From Candidatus Thorarchaeota archaeon (GTDB lineage: Archaea > Asgardarchaeota > Thorarchaeia > Thorarchaeales > Thorarchaeaceae): a stretch of 57,331 bases of DNA. Every line of letters starts with the position of its first letter. The first letter of the stretch is position 1. Positions 1 to 9,335 of the stretch are shown piece after piece. Below the pieces are notes generated by a model. It was given only the letters and a program-made list of their open reading frames with translations. It had not been told where the DNA came from and did no database searches. The stretch is taken from positions 1 to 57,331 of the forward strand of contig JAEORO010000025.1 in the NCBI GenBank assembly GCA_016840855.1, given 5' to 3'. The translations under genes were made by a program, and so were the position numbers.

Positions 1-31
1 AGGAGTTCCTTGACAGGCACAGGTATTCACT
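1..31. repeat. Intergenic repeat copy 1 (truncated by window edge)
   Basis: AGGAGTTCCTTGACAGGCACAGGTATTCACT matches 978-1008 at 29/31 positions. Confidence 0.85.
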
Positions 32-41
32 GTAGGGTTTT

Positions 42-857
42 TCAAGGAGGTCCTTTGGCAATTTTTTCCAAGTACTTATCGAAATCATCTCCCATCATGA
101 CTTCAACATACCAAGTGACGCCAAGAGTTTCGGATTCGTCAATCCACGAGTCTTTTTCAGGATCACCAGTTGATACCCCTATTATTACCATGTCAAAGTC
201 CTTCATGGATCCTCGATGCTTCTTGACATAGTTTGCGACATCGGAGTAATCATTCAATTCCATGTTTCCATCTATCCCTAGTGGAAATATACCATTGTAT
301 TTTGTTGCTCTTCGGAATGGAGCTTTTATTGGCCATGTTCCTGCACACCATATTGGTACACGTGGTCGCTGAATGGGGCGAGGATTGAAAGTGACCTCAT
401 GAATATTATAGTGTTTCCCAGAGAATGAAAATGGTTTACCAGACCAAAGCCCCTCAAGAATTGCTAAAGACTCGTCTAGTTTCTCAGCTCTTACTTTGAG
501 ATCAGTATTTTCTCCAAAACTTCCATAATCATTATCAGAAGAACCCCCTAATCCAACTCCTAAAATGAACCTTCCCTTAGAAAGAATATCTAAAGTAGCG
601 ACCTCCCTTGCTACCTTCTGTGGTCGTCGTCTTGGTAGAGGAGTCACTGTTGTACCGATTCGAATTTTTTCTGTGCGTGTTGCTATGGCTGCAAGTGTGA
701 TCCATGGATCTGCAATCAATTCATCCTTTCCCGCATAATTGTGGTCCCACATAAAGAAACCATCCCACTTTGCATCTTCAGCAGCAACTGCCAATTCAAG
801 GAATTTAATGGGATCTCCTTGAAGTGCGAAGTTAGAGATATAGACTCCGTATTTCAT
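42..857 (-). CDS. LLM-class (luciferase-like) flavin/F420-dependent oxidoreductase
   Basis: AVAAEDAKWDGFFMWDH, DPWITLAAIATRTEKIRIGT, ATLDILSKGRFILGVGLG, PRPIQRPRVPIW motifs. Confidence 0.9.
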   Translation of the reverse strand: MKYGVYISNFALQGDPIKFLELAVAAEDAKWDGFFMWDHNYAGKDELIADPWITLAAIATRTEKIRIGTTVTPLPRRRPQKVAREVATLDILSKGRFILGVGLGGSSDNDYGSFGENTDLKVRAEKLDESLAILEGLWSGKPFSFSGKHYNIHEVTFNPRPIQRPRVPIWCAGTWPIKAPFRRATKYNGIFPLGIDGNMELNDYSDVANYVKKHRGSMKDFDMVIIGVSTGDPEKDSWIDESETLGVTWYVEVMMGDDFDKYLEKIAKGPP

Positions 858-954
858 CCCAGTTCACAAATGAATGAACTCAGTAATCTAGTAATATTGT
901 GTTCACTCGCTTTATCTGAGTGATTCTTTTCTGATGTTATTTACAAAGTCTTTC

Positions 955-1008
955 GTCAATCAATCCTGCAATGAAGCAGGAGTTCCTTGACAGGCACGGA
1001 TATTCACT
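955..1008. repeat. Intergenic hairpin repeat copy 2
   Basis: GTCAA..TCCTGC-AATGAA-GCAGGA..TTGAC imperfect hairpin; right arm 978-1008 nearly identical to 1-31. Confidence 0.8.
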
Positions 1009-1192
1009 TTGACTGACTTGAGTTGAAACTTCTAAAATTGGTCTGTCTGCTCTGATTAATAAGCAAACAAAAACATAGTAGGAGGAGTTCTGCGAAGGAA
1101 AAGGGAAGTAGCTTCACAACATTGACTCCGAGCGTGTAGACTTGCATAAACAAACCTCAATCATGTTTGTCGCAGTATCGGAGAGAAAATAC

Positions 1193-3091
1193 ATGCATGG
1201 AAAAAATGGTGTCTTTTTGATTGCGGTTAGTTTGATGCTCGTATTGCTAATCGGAAATATGATGCCAATAGATAACTTAGATGGTCAAACTCCTTGGATA
1301 AATGAAGCAATGAAAGAACCAGAGACAAGACCAATTTCTCTTGCAAGTACACCTCATACTCCTATTATCATTGATGGAGATGCTAACTTCTCAGCCACAG
1401 CAATATTGGAGGGATGGCCTGGCGATGGTTCATCTGAAACTCCGTACATCATTTCTGGACTGGATATTAACCTTGATGACAATCCGGGCCACTGTATTAG
1501 CATCAGCAATACTCTAGTTAATTTTACCATTAGAAATTGCAATCTGGTTGGTGCAAGCGTAGATCCTGGTTCTGGAATATACCTTGATAATGTCCAGAAC
1601 GCAAGAATCGTTGATAACTTCTGTCAACATAATACTCACGGGGTTTTCATACTAGGACGAGGAAGCAGGAATTGTAGCTTGATAAATAACACATTTACAC
1701 ATAACACAATCAGTGGAATTCAGCTAGTTGCATCACTAAATATTACAGTCACACAAAACAATTGCAGCAGTAACTATTATGGTATCAATGCTATCGATCT
1801 CATTGGTCAAAGCGGGCATAGCGGAGATCATGTTATTGAGAGTAATATGTGTTATAATAACACCTATGGCATTAGTTTCGGAGACACCAATGTTGAAAGT
1901 ATTGGCCCTATGCGTAATATTGTGAGAAATAATAACTGCAGCGCAAATAACGAAGATGGTATCTGTCTCATCACCCCATGCTACAGTTCATTCATCAATA
2001 ATAGTTGTAATGGAAATGGAGCTGCTGGCATTAGTTTGGGTGATATGGCTTCACACTGCATTCTGGTCGAGAATAATTGTAGCGAAAATGGACAATCTGG
2101 TATGTACTTGGGAATGAGTGTCTGGGAAAACAATATCACTGACAACCTTTTCAGTATGAATGGCCAATATGGTATTTTCTTAGAATGGTTTACGGGACTC
2201 AACAATTTCGATTGGAATACGTTTAGTGACAACTTAATTGGCAACGCTCGTGATGACGCAGACGACAATAATTTCGATTACAACTTCTGGTCGGATTACG
2301 TGGGCACTGATGCAAACGGGGATGGTTTTGGTGATACCGCTTATACTTCTGGAAACATCATTGATAACCATCCATTGATGTTTGCACCAACAAGACCTAG
2401 GTGGATTGAAACGCCCACAGATCAGACTATTGAGTTTGGTACTCTGTTTGTCTATGACCTCAATGCAACAGCACCAGCGCCAATTTTCTGGTCTGTTATT
2501 TGGGACTCTTGGACAGCTCAGTTCACAATCGACAGCCAAGGAGTGTTAGAATCGATAGGAACTCTCTCTCTAGGCGACTACGAATTACAAGTTACAGTAA
2601 CCAACTTTTACGGTGATAGCATCTTCGCCAGATTTGAAGTGAACGTTGTGCATACCTTCGATACAACTGCTCCAAGCTGGATTGATACACCCATGGATTT
2701 GACGATTAATTATGGTCAGGGAGTAGATTTGTTTATTCATGCTCTTGACCATTCAGGAATCTCTCGCTGGACAATCAACAATACTGAACACTTCTCATTG
2801 AATGCTACTTACTATGACCTGGGAAGCACTATCCGAATTACTAACAAATTACCTTTAGAGCCAGCGTCATATGGTCTGAACATTACGGCGTATGACCCAT
2901 TTGATAATTATTGCTCTGCTACGTTTACTATAACGGTTCTTGAAGTTCCTATTTCATCAACAACTACAACAACACAAACCAGTACTTTAGTTGATGAGAT
3001 AGATCCGCTTCTTGTACTTGGATTGGGAGCAGGAATCGGATGTGCAATAGTGATTGTCATTATCGTTATTCTTCGAAAGAGATCTTCCTGA
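1193..3091 (+). CDS. Membrane-anchored cell-surface protein: parallel beta-helix (NosD/pectin-lyase-like) repeats, Ig/cadherin-like domains, Thr-rich linker, C-terminal TM helix
   Basis: Hydrophobic N-terminal signal after ATG 1193; repeated NNxCxxNxxGI units; STTTTTQT linker; LLVLGLGAGIGCAIVIVIIVIL followed by RKR. Confidence 0.85.
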   Translation: MHGKNGVFLIAVSLMLVLLIGNMMPIDNLDGQTPWINEAMKEPETRPISLASTPHTPIIIDGDANFSATAILEGWPGDGSSETPYIISGLDINLDDNPGHCISISNTLVNFTIRNCNLVGASVDPGSGIYLDNVQNARIVDNFCQHNTHGVFILGRGSRNCSLINNTFTHNTISGIQLVASLNITVTQNNCSSNYYGINAIDLIGQSGHSGDHVIESNMCYNNTYGISFGDTNVESIGPMRNIVRNNNCSANNEDGICLITPCYSSFINNSCNGNGAAGISLGDMASHCILVENNCSENGQSGMYLGMSVWENNITDNLFSMNGQYGIFLEWFTGLNNFDWNTFSDNLIGNARDDADDNNFDYNFWSDYVGTDANGDGFGDTAYTSGNIIDNHPLMFAPTRPRWIETPTDQTIEFGTLFVYDLNATAPAPIFWSVIWDSWTAQFTIDSQGVLESIGTLSLGDYELQVTVTNFYGDSIFARFEVNVVHTFDTTAPSWIDTPMDLTINYGQGVDLFIHALDHSGISRWTINNTEHFSLNATYYDLGSTIRITNKLPLEPASYGLNITAYDPFDNYCSATFTITVLEVPISSTTTTTQTSTLVDEIDPLLVLGLGAGIGCAIVIVIIVILRKRSS

Positions 3092-3111
3092 ATACAAATA
3101 GTCTGTTGCTA

Positions 3112-3186
3112 GTAAATATCTCCAGAGTGTTTTTGTCTTGGCATCGTAACGACACAAGAATTTCTTGATTGAAACAGATATTCTAC
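3112..3186. repeat. Degenerate hairpin repeat copy 3
   Basis: 3156-3183 matches 1-28 at 20/28 ungapped positions; inner TCTTG/CAAGA stem and outer GTAAATATCT/AGATATTCTAC inverted repeat. Confidence 0.55.
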
Positions 3187-3218
3187 CTGAAATCGTTGAC
3201 TAGTGAGATATCAAAGAT

Positions 3219-4682
3219 TCATTGAGGTTCCATAGATTCCATATCCTCTACGCTTCTCTCAGTAAAAGACTCCTGTTTTGCCTCATCAAGAATTGGCATT
3301 GGATACGAGAGACCCTTTCTCACCAATAATACACCGATTACTGAGATCGCTGCACAGAAGACCAATGCCGGAATAAAGCCCACATTCTCAATAGCAGGTC
3401 CAACAATAAGTATCTGAGGGATAGCAAAAAGCATCGTTACTGTTGGCATAAGAGAATATACGCTATTACGAATGTTACTTGGCACTATATCGATGAGGAC
3501 GCGTTGAGTCAAGATGTTGGTGAATCCGTAGAAAAGCCCACCCACAGAGAAGGCAATGAACATTAATATGACTGGAATGAGTGATTCCAAGGGAATAGCA
3601 AGTAAGAGAATTTCTGTATTGGGGAAATAGAATTCAATTATTGGGCCAGCTGCTATAGGTTGAAAGACAAAGACGATTGCTGCGAAGAAAAGGTAGAATG
3701 CAAATCCACAATTTTGTATAAGCTGAAATCTTGGTATCCATTTTCTTGGTTCGAATCTTTGAGACCAAACTCCAGATCTCTCATCAGTAAAGATTCCTGG
3801 GATTCTTATGATTGTTCTAAAACTGGCTACTGCAACATCTGTGAGCATATAGACATAGAATAATGGAAATATGATGAAGTAGGACCAGACAATAATTGTG
3901 CTTATACTCAACGTACTTCCGATAATGAGCCATTTTACCAAAGGATCAGAATTTAGAAATCGCATTCCAGATTCTAAAATATCGAAGTAAGCACCCTCTT
4001 TGGGACGCTGGTCTCGCATTTCTTTCACTTCTTCAAAATCTTGGACCAGTTTCAGAATTAGAAGTGCAACAATAACGCATACGACCGCCTCGAGTTGAAA
4101 TACCCAAGGACGACCTAACAATGCTGCGAGAACACTCCCCGGAACAATCGCTATCATTGTACACAGAGTAACCAACATCATTAATCTGCCTTGAAAGATA
4201 CCATATTGCTTCCTGTTCTCATCACCAGGCATCGCAACACGGAAATTGTTGTCAAACCAAGCTTGCCACGCACCACTTTCTTGTGAACCTCCTATCCCGA
4301 TTAGTATGTATATTAAAATGAAAATGGGAAATGGAGTATCAACTACCACAATAGATGTTAGGAAAAATGCTACTCCAAAGCACAGGTACGCTGAGCATAA
4401 CACATACCGATGGCCGATGTGGTCTCCTAATGATCCAGTTGGGTAATCGAATAATGTTTGAATGACAAGTTGAATGACAAGCAAAATACTGACCAGTGCA
4501 AGACCTTGAATATATTGTCCGGATCCGCCCCCTAAAGCTTCAGCAATGAAGATTATGTGAAAAGTTGATGATAGAGCGAGAATGCCCGTTAGAAAGGGCA
4601 TCAACATCATCATGATTTTTGCAAGACGAAGCAATCGTTCATTCGAATCTGTGAACCCAAAGAACGCAGACGTCCTACTCAC
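3219..4682 (-). CDS. MFS transporter
   Basis: About 12 hydrophobic segments; DYPTGSLGDHIGHR motif-A-like loop; ESGAWQAW. Confidence 0.85.
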   Translation of the reverse strand: MSRTSAFFGFTDSNERLLRLAKIMMMLMPFLTGILALSSTFHIIFIAEALGGGSGQYIQGLALVSILLVIQLVIQTLFDYPTGSLGDHIGHRYVLCSAYLCFGVAFFLTSIVVVDTPFPIFILIYILIGIGGSQESGAWQAWFDNNFRVAMPGDENRKQYGIFQGRLMMLVTLCTMIAIVPGSVLAALLGRPWVFQLEAVVCVIVALLILKLVQDFEEVKEMRDQRPKEGAYFDILESGMRFLNSDPLVKWLIIGSTLSISTIIVWSYFIIFPLFYVYMLTDVAVASFRTIIRIPGIFTDERSGVWSQRFEPRKWIPRFQLIQNCGFAFYLFFAAIVFVFQPIAAGPIIEFYFPNTEILLLAIPLESLIPVILMFIAFSVGGLFYGFTNILTQRVLIDIVPSNIRNSVYSLMPTVTMLFAIPQILIVGPAIENVGFIPALVFCAAISVIGVLLVRKGLSYPMPILDEAKQESFTERSVEDMESMEPQ

Positions 4683-4809
4683 GCAAACACCTAATATCGT
4701 TCAAATAGCTAATTAATTAATATGTTGGCTGATTGTACAAGATAACCTATTGTCCAGTTTTACGGAAAAAGGAATAATTTGCTGCTAAATAGGTGAATCA
4801 ATCCCATAC

Positions 4810-5157
4810 TTATTTTGTAAAAATTCCCCAAGATACACCATATAGATACTCTTTGTCTTGCAAGGGAAGGAATCCTGACCATCGAACAACCATGCCACTC
4901 TCTTTTGCTCTACTTTGAAGGAACTCTGGAGTGGTTTCTCTGATATGGTCCAGCTTTTCTTGGAGCATACCTTTTCCTTTTGGTGGAAATCCTTTTCCAG
5001 CGATGCATCCGTCGCACCATCCCTCTAACCATAGGATCTTGTCCTTTCCTTTTATCTCGGCAAAAAGATTACTTGGTATGGGTACATCAGGAACGAGCTC
5101 AGCAACAAGCAAGATTATCTCATCAACAGATGGCATACTCGAATCTGACATTTTCAT
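4810..5157 (-). CDS. Hypothetical protein
   Basis: 115-aa ORF filling the intergenic gap; WLEGWCDGC; no recognised family. Confidence 0.55.
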   Translation of the reverse strand: MKMSDSSMPSVDEIILLVAELVPDVPIPSNLFAEIKGKDKILWLEGWCDGCIAGKGFPPKGKGMLQEKLDHIRETTPEFLQSRAKESGMVVRWSGFLPLQDKEYLYGVSWGIFTK

Positions 5158-5306
5158 ACCTTGATATATTGGTTATCCAATATTATAATGATGTTCTAAG
5201 CAAATCAGTTCTGAATGTCTGTCAAAACATTAGTCGAAAGTTGTCCAAATGTACAGAAACTATAAGTCGCTTCACGGTGTGGAAGATGTGGAGTTTGATG
5301 GTTTAG

Positions 5307-5681
5307 ATGTCTACAAAGGACTTCGACATGGAGTGTCTTATTGGAGTCTGTTTTCTCGTAATTTGGTCCATCATGGCCTTATTCGTTGCAGGCCCCTTTG
5401 GTATACTATTCATTGTCTTTGGAGTACTTGTCTTCATTAATGTGGCTAAAAACAAAGAAGCAGAGAAATCAATGGATTCCTCGAAAATTACACGAATCAA
5501 GCCGCGGAGAGGTGTTTCTCAAGTTTTGACAGTAGATCGAAGAATAATCTATCAAGTACCTGGAAAATGTCCTGAATGCGGCGCTAGTTTGAGTAACGAG
5601 GAAGTCGATTGGGTAGGGCCGCTTCAAGCGAAATGTCCCTTCTGTCGTACCACAGTAGATGCTCAACCAGCAGAGTTCTAA
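5307..5681 (+). CDS. Membrane protein with C-terminal zinc ribbon
   Basis: Two N-terminal TM helices; CPECG...CPFC. Confidence 0.75.
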   Translation: MSTKDFDMECLIGVCFLVIWSIMALFVAGPFGILFIVFGVLVFINVAKNKEAEKSMDSSKITRIKPRRGVSQVLTVDRRIIYQVPGKCPECGASLSNEEVDWVGPLQAKCPFCRTTVDAQPAEF

Positions 5682-5745
5682 GTTTTGCTCTAGAATGATG
5701 ATATGAGCACAGTTAATACAAAGTTTCTATCTCACTTTCCTTACA

Positions 5746-6366
5746 ATGGCTAATATCTTCACAAAACGGACTCTGGAAAAATTCTCAAAACAGGTACCAG
5801 AGCTGGAAGGTGCACTCAAGAAAGCAAACATGAAGCTTGAACCTACTATGCAATCACCATTTGAAATGCTCATAAGATCCATAATCTATCAACAGCTTGC
5901 TTACAAAGCTGCACGGACAATCCTCGACCGATTCATGGGACTTATTGGTAGATTAACACCAAGTAGAGTTCTTGCCAAGACACAGGAAGAGCTTCGTAGC
6001 GTTGGTCTTTCGAGACAGAAGGCATCGTACATTCATAATGTTGCAGAGGCATTTAGCAAAGGAGGGTCACTCTGGAAATATCGAACAATTGAGAGCCTCT
6101 CGAATCTTTCTTCCAAGGAGATATCCGAAATGTTCACACAAATCAAGGGGGTTGGTGAGTGGACTACTCAGATGTACTTGATTTTCTCATTGGGGCGACT
6201 AGATGTTTTATCCGCAGGTGACCTTGGTGTGAGAAAAGGTGTAATGAAGCTCTATGGACTTGATAAGATTCCTACACAAAAAGAGGTTGAGAAGATTGCT
6301 GAACCATGGTCCCCTTTAGAGACCGTTGGCACATATCTTGCATGGCGAGCTGTTGATGAAGATTGA
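5746..6366 (+). CDS. alkA: DNA-3-methyladenine glycosylase II (AlkA/HhH-GPD family)
   Basis: SIIYQQL, LRSVGLSRQKASYI, HhH IKGVGEWT, catalytic GDLGVR. Confidence 0.9.
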   Translation: MANIFTKRTLEKFSKQVPELEGALKKANMKLEPTMQSPFEMLIRSIIYQQLAYKAARTILDRFMGLIGRLTPSRVLAKTQEELRSVGLSRQKASYIHNVAEAFSKGGSLWKYRTIESLSNLSSKEISEMFTQIKGVGEWTTQMYLIFSLGRLDVLSAGDLGVRKGVMKLYGLDKIPTQKEVEKIAEPWSPLETVGTYLAWRAVDED

Positions 6367-6449
6367 ATCAATATTTGTTTCATGCCTTGTCCGAATTGCC
6401 GGTAAATGCAGTTTAATATAGTTAATCTGGCGACATCAATAGATTACAA

Positions 6450-6641
6450 ATGACAAAACATACTATTCAATCACCAATAGATCTTCGTGGACTGGATGAG
6501 TGTATATGCGGTCACAATAGACAAAGGCATGAGGAAAGAAGCAATAATTGCACATCCTGTGACTGCAATCTGTTCTCAAAGACGGTCTATAGTTTCAGTA
6601 AATTGGAAATTCCTGCGGATAATCGTTATGATGCTGAGTAG
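6450..6641 (+). CDS. Small Cys/His-rich putative zinc-binding protein
   Basis: CICGH-x4-H-x6-CTSCDC-x2-F cluster; ATG start in an otherwise empty gap. Confidence 0.55.
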   Translation: MTKHTIQSPIDLRGLDECICGHNRQRHEERSNNCTSCDCNLFSKTVYSFSKLEIPADNRYDAE

Positions 6642-6746
6642 TTCCAGCTATTATTAATCTCGATTTTATCATTGTCTATTCTTCAAATGATTTTCAAATT
6701 GTAAATGTTTAAAATCGCTCATATTCTCAGGGAACATGGTTATAGA

Positions 6747-6971
6747 ATGGCGGAGATACCAACACCTGATGATTTTTCAACTCCAAAAAGTGGGGGGTTG
6801 TACCGGTCGAGGGATGACAGAATAATTTTAGGAGTATGCGGCGGGATTGCTAAACATTACAACATGGATCCAACACTTGTCCGCGTTCTCATGTTTCTTT
6901 TTACACTCACAGTCATCGGAATCCTAGGGTATATCATAATTGGTTTAGTGATTCCTGAAGAACCATATTGA
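6747..6971 (+). CDS. pspC: PspC domain protein
   Basis: LYRSRDDRIILGVCGGIAKHYNMDPTLVR...YIIIGLVIPEE; likely start ATG 6747. Confidence 0.9.
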   Translation: MAEIPTPDDFSTPKSGGLYRSRDDRIILGVCGGIAKHYNMDPTLVRVLMFLFTLTVIGILGYIIIGLVIPEEPY

Positions 6972-7061
6972 ATCTAGTAATCTTTGCCAGTTTACGTTCA
7001 TCTATAAACTTCAAATGGTCAACTAGTATCCAATCTATAGTTCTAATTCTGGGTGAAAACA

Positions 7062-8237
7062 ATGGTCACTAGAACGAGAAAACCTTCAACTCTTTGTGTT
7101 CAAGGTGAACACTCTCAAACATCAGGACCAGCTGTGGTTCCTATAGTCCAGACCTCCACTTTTGTGTTCGAAAACCAGCAGCAGATGCTCGACTCTGTAC
7201 AGGGCAAGACAGGAAAGGATGTTTACACACGTTGGAGTAACCCAACGACAAAAAATGTAGAGGAAAAAATGAATGCTCTCGAAGGAACAGAAGACACTCA
7301 TGTCCTTGCATCAGGTATGGCTGCCATTTCTTCTGCAATTATAGGCCTTGTGAAGAATGGTGAAAAAATTCTCTCTAGTGATTCAATTTATGGTGGGACT
7401 GTTCATCTCTTCAACAAGATACTGTCCCAAAGTTGCATAGAAGTTGATTATGTGGATACCGACGAACTTGCTGATCGGCTCTCTGATTCCTCATCACCTT
7501 ACAAGCTTTGTTTCTTTGAAACTCCTACTAATCCTACTTTGAAGATTGTTGACATCAAGAAAGTTGCTGACTCGGCTCGAGCAACTGGAACCATTAGTTT
7601 GATAGACAGCACATTTGGATCCCCCATTAATCAGAGACCTCATTCATTGGGCGTCGACCTTGTGATGCATAGTGCAACAAAATACCTCGGTGGTCATAGT
7701 GATATCATTGCTGGAACTATCTCTGGATCGAAAGAATTGATGGCTGATGTTCGCAGCGCTGCGAAGCTTCTTGGAGGGACAATGGATCCTTTTGCTTCTT
7801 TCCTCTTAGATCGAGGACTCAAGACTCTAGGTGTTCGAATGGAGAAACACAACTCGAATGGCAGCTTTCTTGCTGAGAAACTGTCTCGTGACTCACGAGT
7901 TAGGAAAGTTCACTACCCCGGACTTCCAAATCATCCACATCATGACATAGCGAAGAAGCAAATGACAGGCTTTGGAGGCATGCTCTCCATCGAACTTGAG
8001 TCTGATTTGACCGGAACGAGTAAGTTCGTAGACTCATTACGGATTTTCTTGAATGCAGTTTCATTAGGTGGAGTTGAGAGCTTAGCAAGCATTCCTGCAT
8101 TGTCCACACATTATGGCATTGATGAGCGTGTTCTAAATGAGATGGATATATCAAGCTCGACTGTCCGGTTATCTATCGGTATCGAGGATCCTGAAGATTT
8201 ACTAAACGATCTGATGGATGGTTTGGAAGCGATATAA
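7062..8237 (+). CDS. Cys/Met metabolism PLP enzyme (cystathionine gamma-synthase/lyase or methionine gamma-lyase)
   Basis: YTRWSNPT, SGMAAI, ETPTNP, HSATKYLGGHSD (PLP Lys), AVSLGGVESL, RLSIGIE; GGTGA SD before ATG 7062. Confidence 0.92.
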   Translation: MVTRTRKPSTLCVQGEHSQTSGPAVVPIVQTSTFVFENQQQMLDSVQGKTGKDVYTRWSNPTTKNVEEKMNALEGTEDTHVLASGMAAISSAIIGLVKNGEKILSSDSIYGGTVHLFNKILSQSCIEVDYVDTDELADRLSDSSSPYKLCFFETPTNPTLKIVDIKKVADSARATGTISLIDSTFGSPINQRPHSLGVDLVMHSATKYLGGHSDIIAGTISGSKELMADVRSAAKLLGGTMDPFASFLLDRGLKTLGVRMEKHNSNGSFLAEKLSRDSRVRKVHYPGLPNHPHHDIAKKQMTGFGGMLSIELESDLTGTSKFVDSLRIFLNAVSLGGVESLASIPALSTHYGIDERVLNEMDISSSTVRLSIGIEDPEDLLNDLMDGLEAI

Positions 8238-8450
8238 TAGGCAGGTATTACGAGCGCAATATGGCCAATTGTTAAGCAATAGGTTTTCGACTGTTCACTG
8301 CTATCGACTCTACCCATTTGAAATTCACGTTTGTGTGATATTAAAAAAACATACTCCTCTAGAATGAACCTAGAAGGCTATTTGAGGCAATATAGAAATG
8401 GTGAATTTCTTCAGACTGGTTATATTCAGATTTTACAATGAGTTTACTGA

Positions 8451-8807
8451 TTGGGAATGACAGTAAATCAAGAATCAACCTATGCTACGTATAAGATTAA
8501 CAGGACAGAGTGCGGAAGATGCTCATGTATAATTGTCTACTCTAGTCCTCAATGTATTCTATGTGATGCCGCTCTTGAGCTCATGTATAGTGTCATTTCT
8601 GATTTTGGTTTACAGCCTTCTGCGGTTCGAGAAGTAGATATTACTAAAAATGATGATGATGGTTGTGGTCTTCCAGCACCAGTTGGCCTGCCAGCTATAC
8701 GTATCTGTGAGGAATTCATAAGTGGTCTTCCTGACATAGATAGTGCTCGTGGTGCAGTCATGCACGCAGTACTCAAGAACTGCTTCTCTGGCGATGACTG
8801 TTTCTAA
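8451..8807 (+). CDS. Thioredoxin/glutaredoxin-fold protein
   Basis: YSSPQCILC (CxxC), EVDI, cis-Pro motif GLPAI, FISGLP. Confidence 0.7.
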   Translation: MGMTVNQESTYATYKINRTECGRCSCIIVYSSPQCILCDAALELMYSVISDFGLQPSAVREVDITKNDDDGCGLPAPVGLPAIRICEEFISGLPDIDSARGAVMHAVLKNCFSGDDCF

Positions 8808-8863
8808 ACCTCAGAAAATGAGCTGCTTCATCTGGTGTTTATCTACAACTAACTCTCTGTTGG

Positions 8864-9157
8864 TTATCTAATTACATGAATGTGGGCCATAGATCTCCAG
8901 ATCTCTGCATTACGTCTGAGTTCCTGTACCTTTTCGATGTCTGCATAATAAAGAGGTTTTCTCATATCCTGTAGGTTTGGTGTCCTTCTACAAAGCTTGC
9001 TGCGTAATAGCGTTTTGAGTGCAAGCGTAACCGTTCTCATAGCAAGACCTGATGATTTTGCCAAGTCTTGTGGGCACATTGGACCTTCTCTATCTAACTT
9101 GTCAAGTACTATCAATGTGCTCTTTGTCAGGTTCATAGATACGCTCATTCTAACCAC
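8864..9157 (-). CDS. MarR-like winged-helix transcriptional regulator
   Basis: LDREGPMCPQDLAKSSGLAMRTVTLALKTL...PNLQDMRKPLY wing. Confidence 0.8.
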   Translation of the reverse strand: MVRMSVSMNLTKSTLIVLDKLDREGPMCPQDLAKSSGLAMRTVTLALKTLLRSKLCRRTPNLQDMRKPLYYADIEKVQELRRNAEIWRSMAHIHVIR

Positions 9158-9251
9158 ACACTTCTCTCAGGCATGAGCTGGCCAATAAACACTATTGGTT
9201 TGCCATTATATCATGCGTTAATATTTTTTCGGCAACTATTTTTATATAAAG

Positions 9252-9276
9252 ATTGCCAATAACGTAATATGGCAAT
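9252..9276. promoter_or_regulatory. Inverted repeat ATTGCCA-N11-TGGCAAT, putative operator between divergent regulators
   Basis: Perfect 7-bp arms just after an AT-rich TTTATATAAA TATA-like box (about 9241-9250). Confidence 0.5.
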
Positions 9277-9335
9277 TGCTTAGAAACCAACCTTAATTGT
9301 ATATTGCTCCCCTTAAAATGTCAAGGTGAAATCCA

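Noticed and set aside
1-3186. Repeats considered as a CRISPR array or IS ends
   Set aside because: Spacing is kilobases with whole genes between, the orientation is direct, and no cas or transposase gene is present
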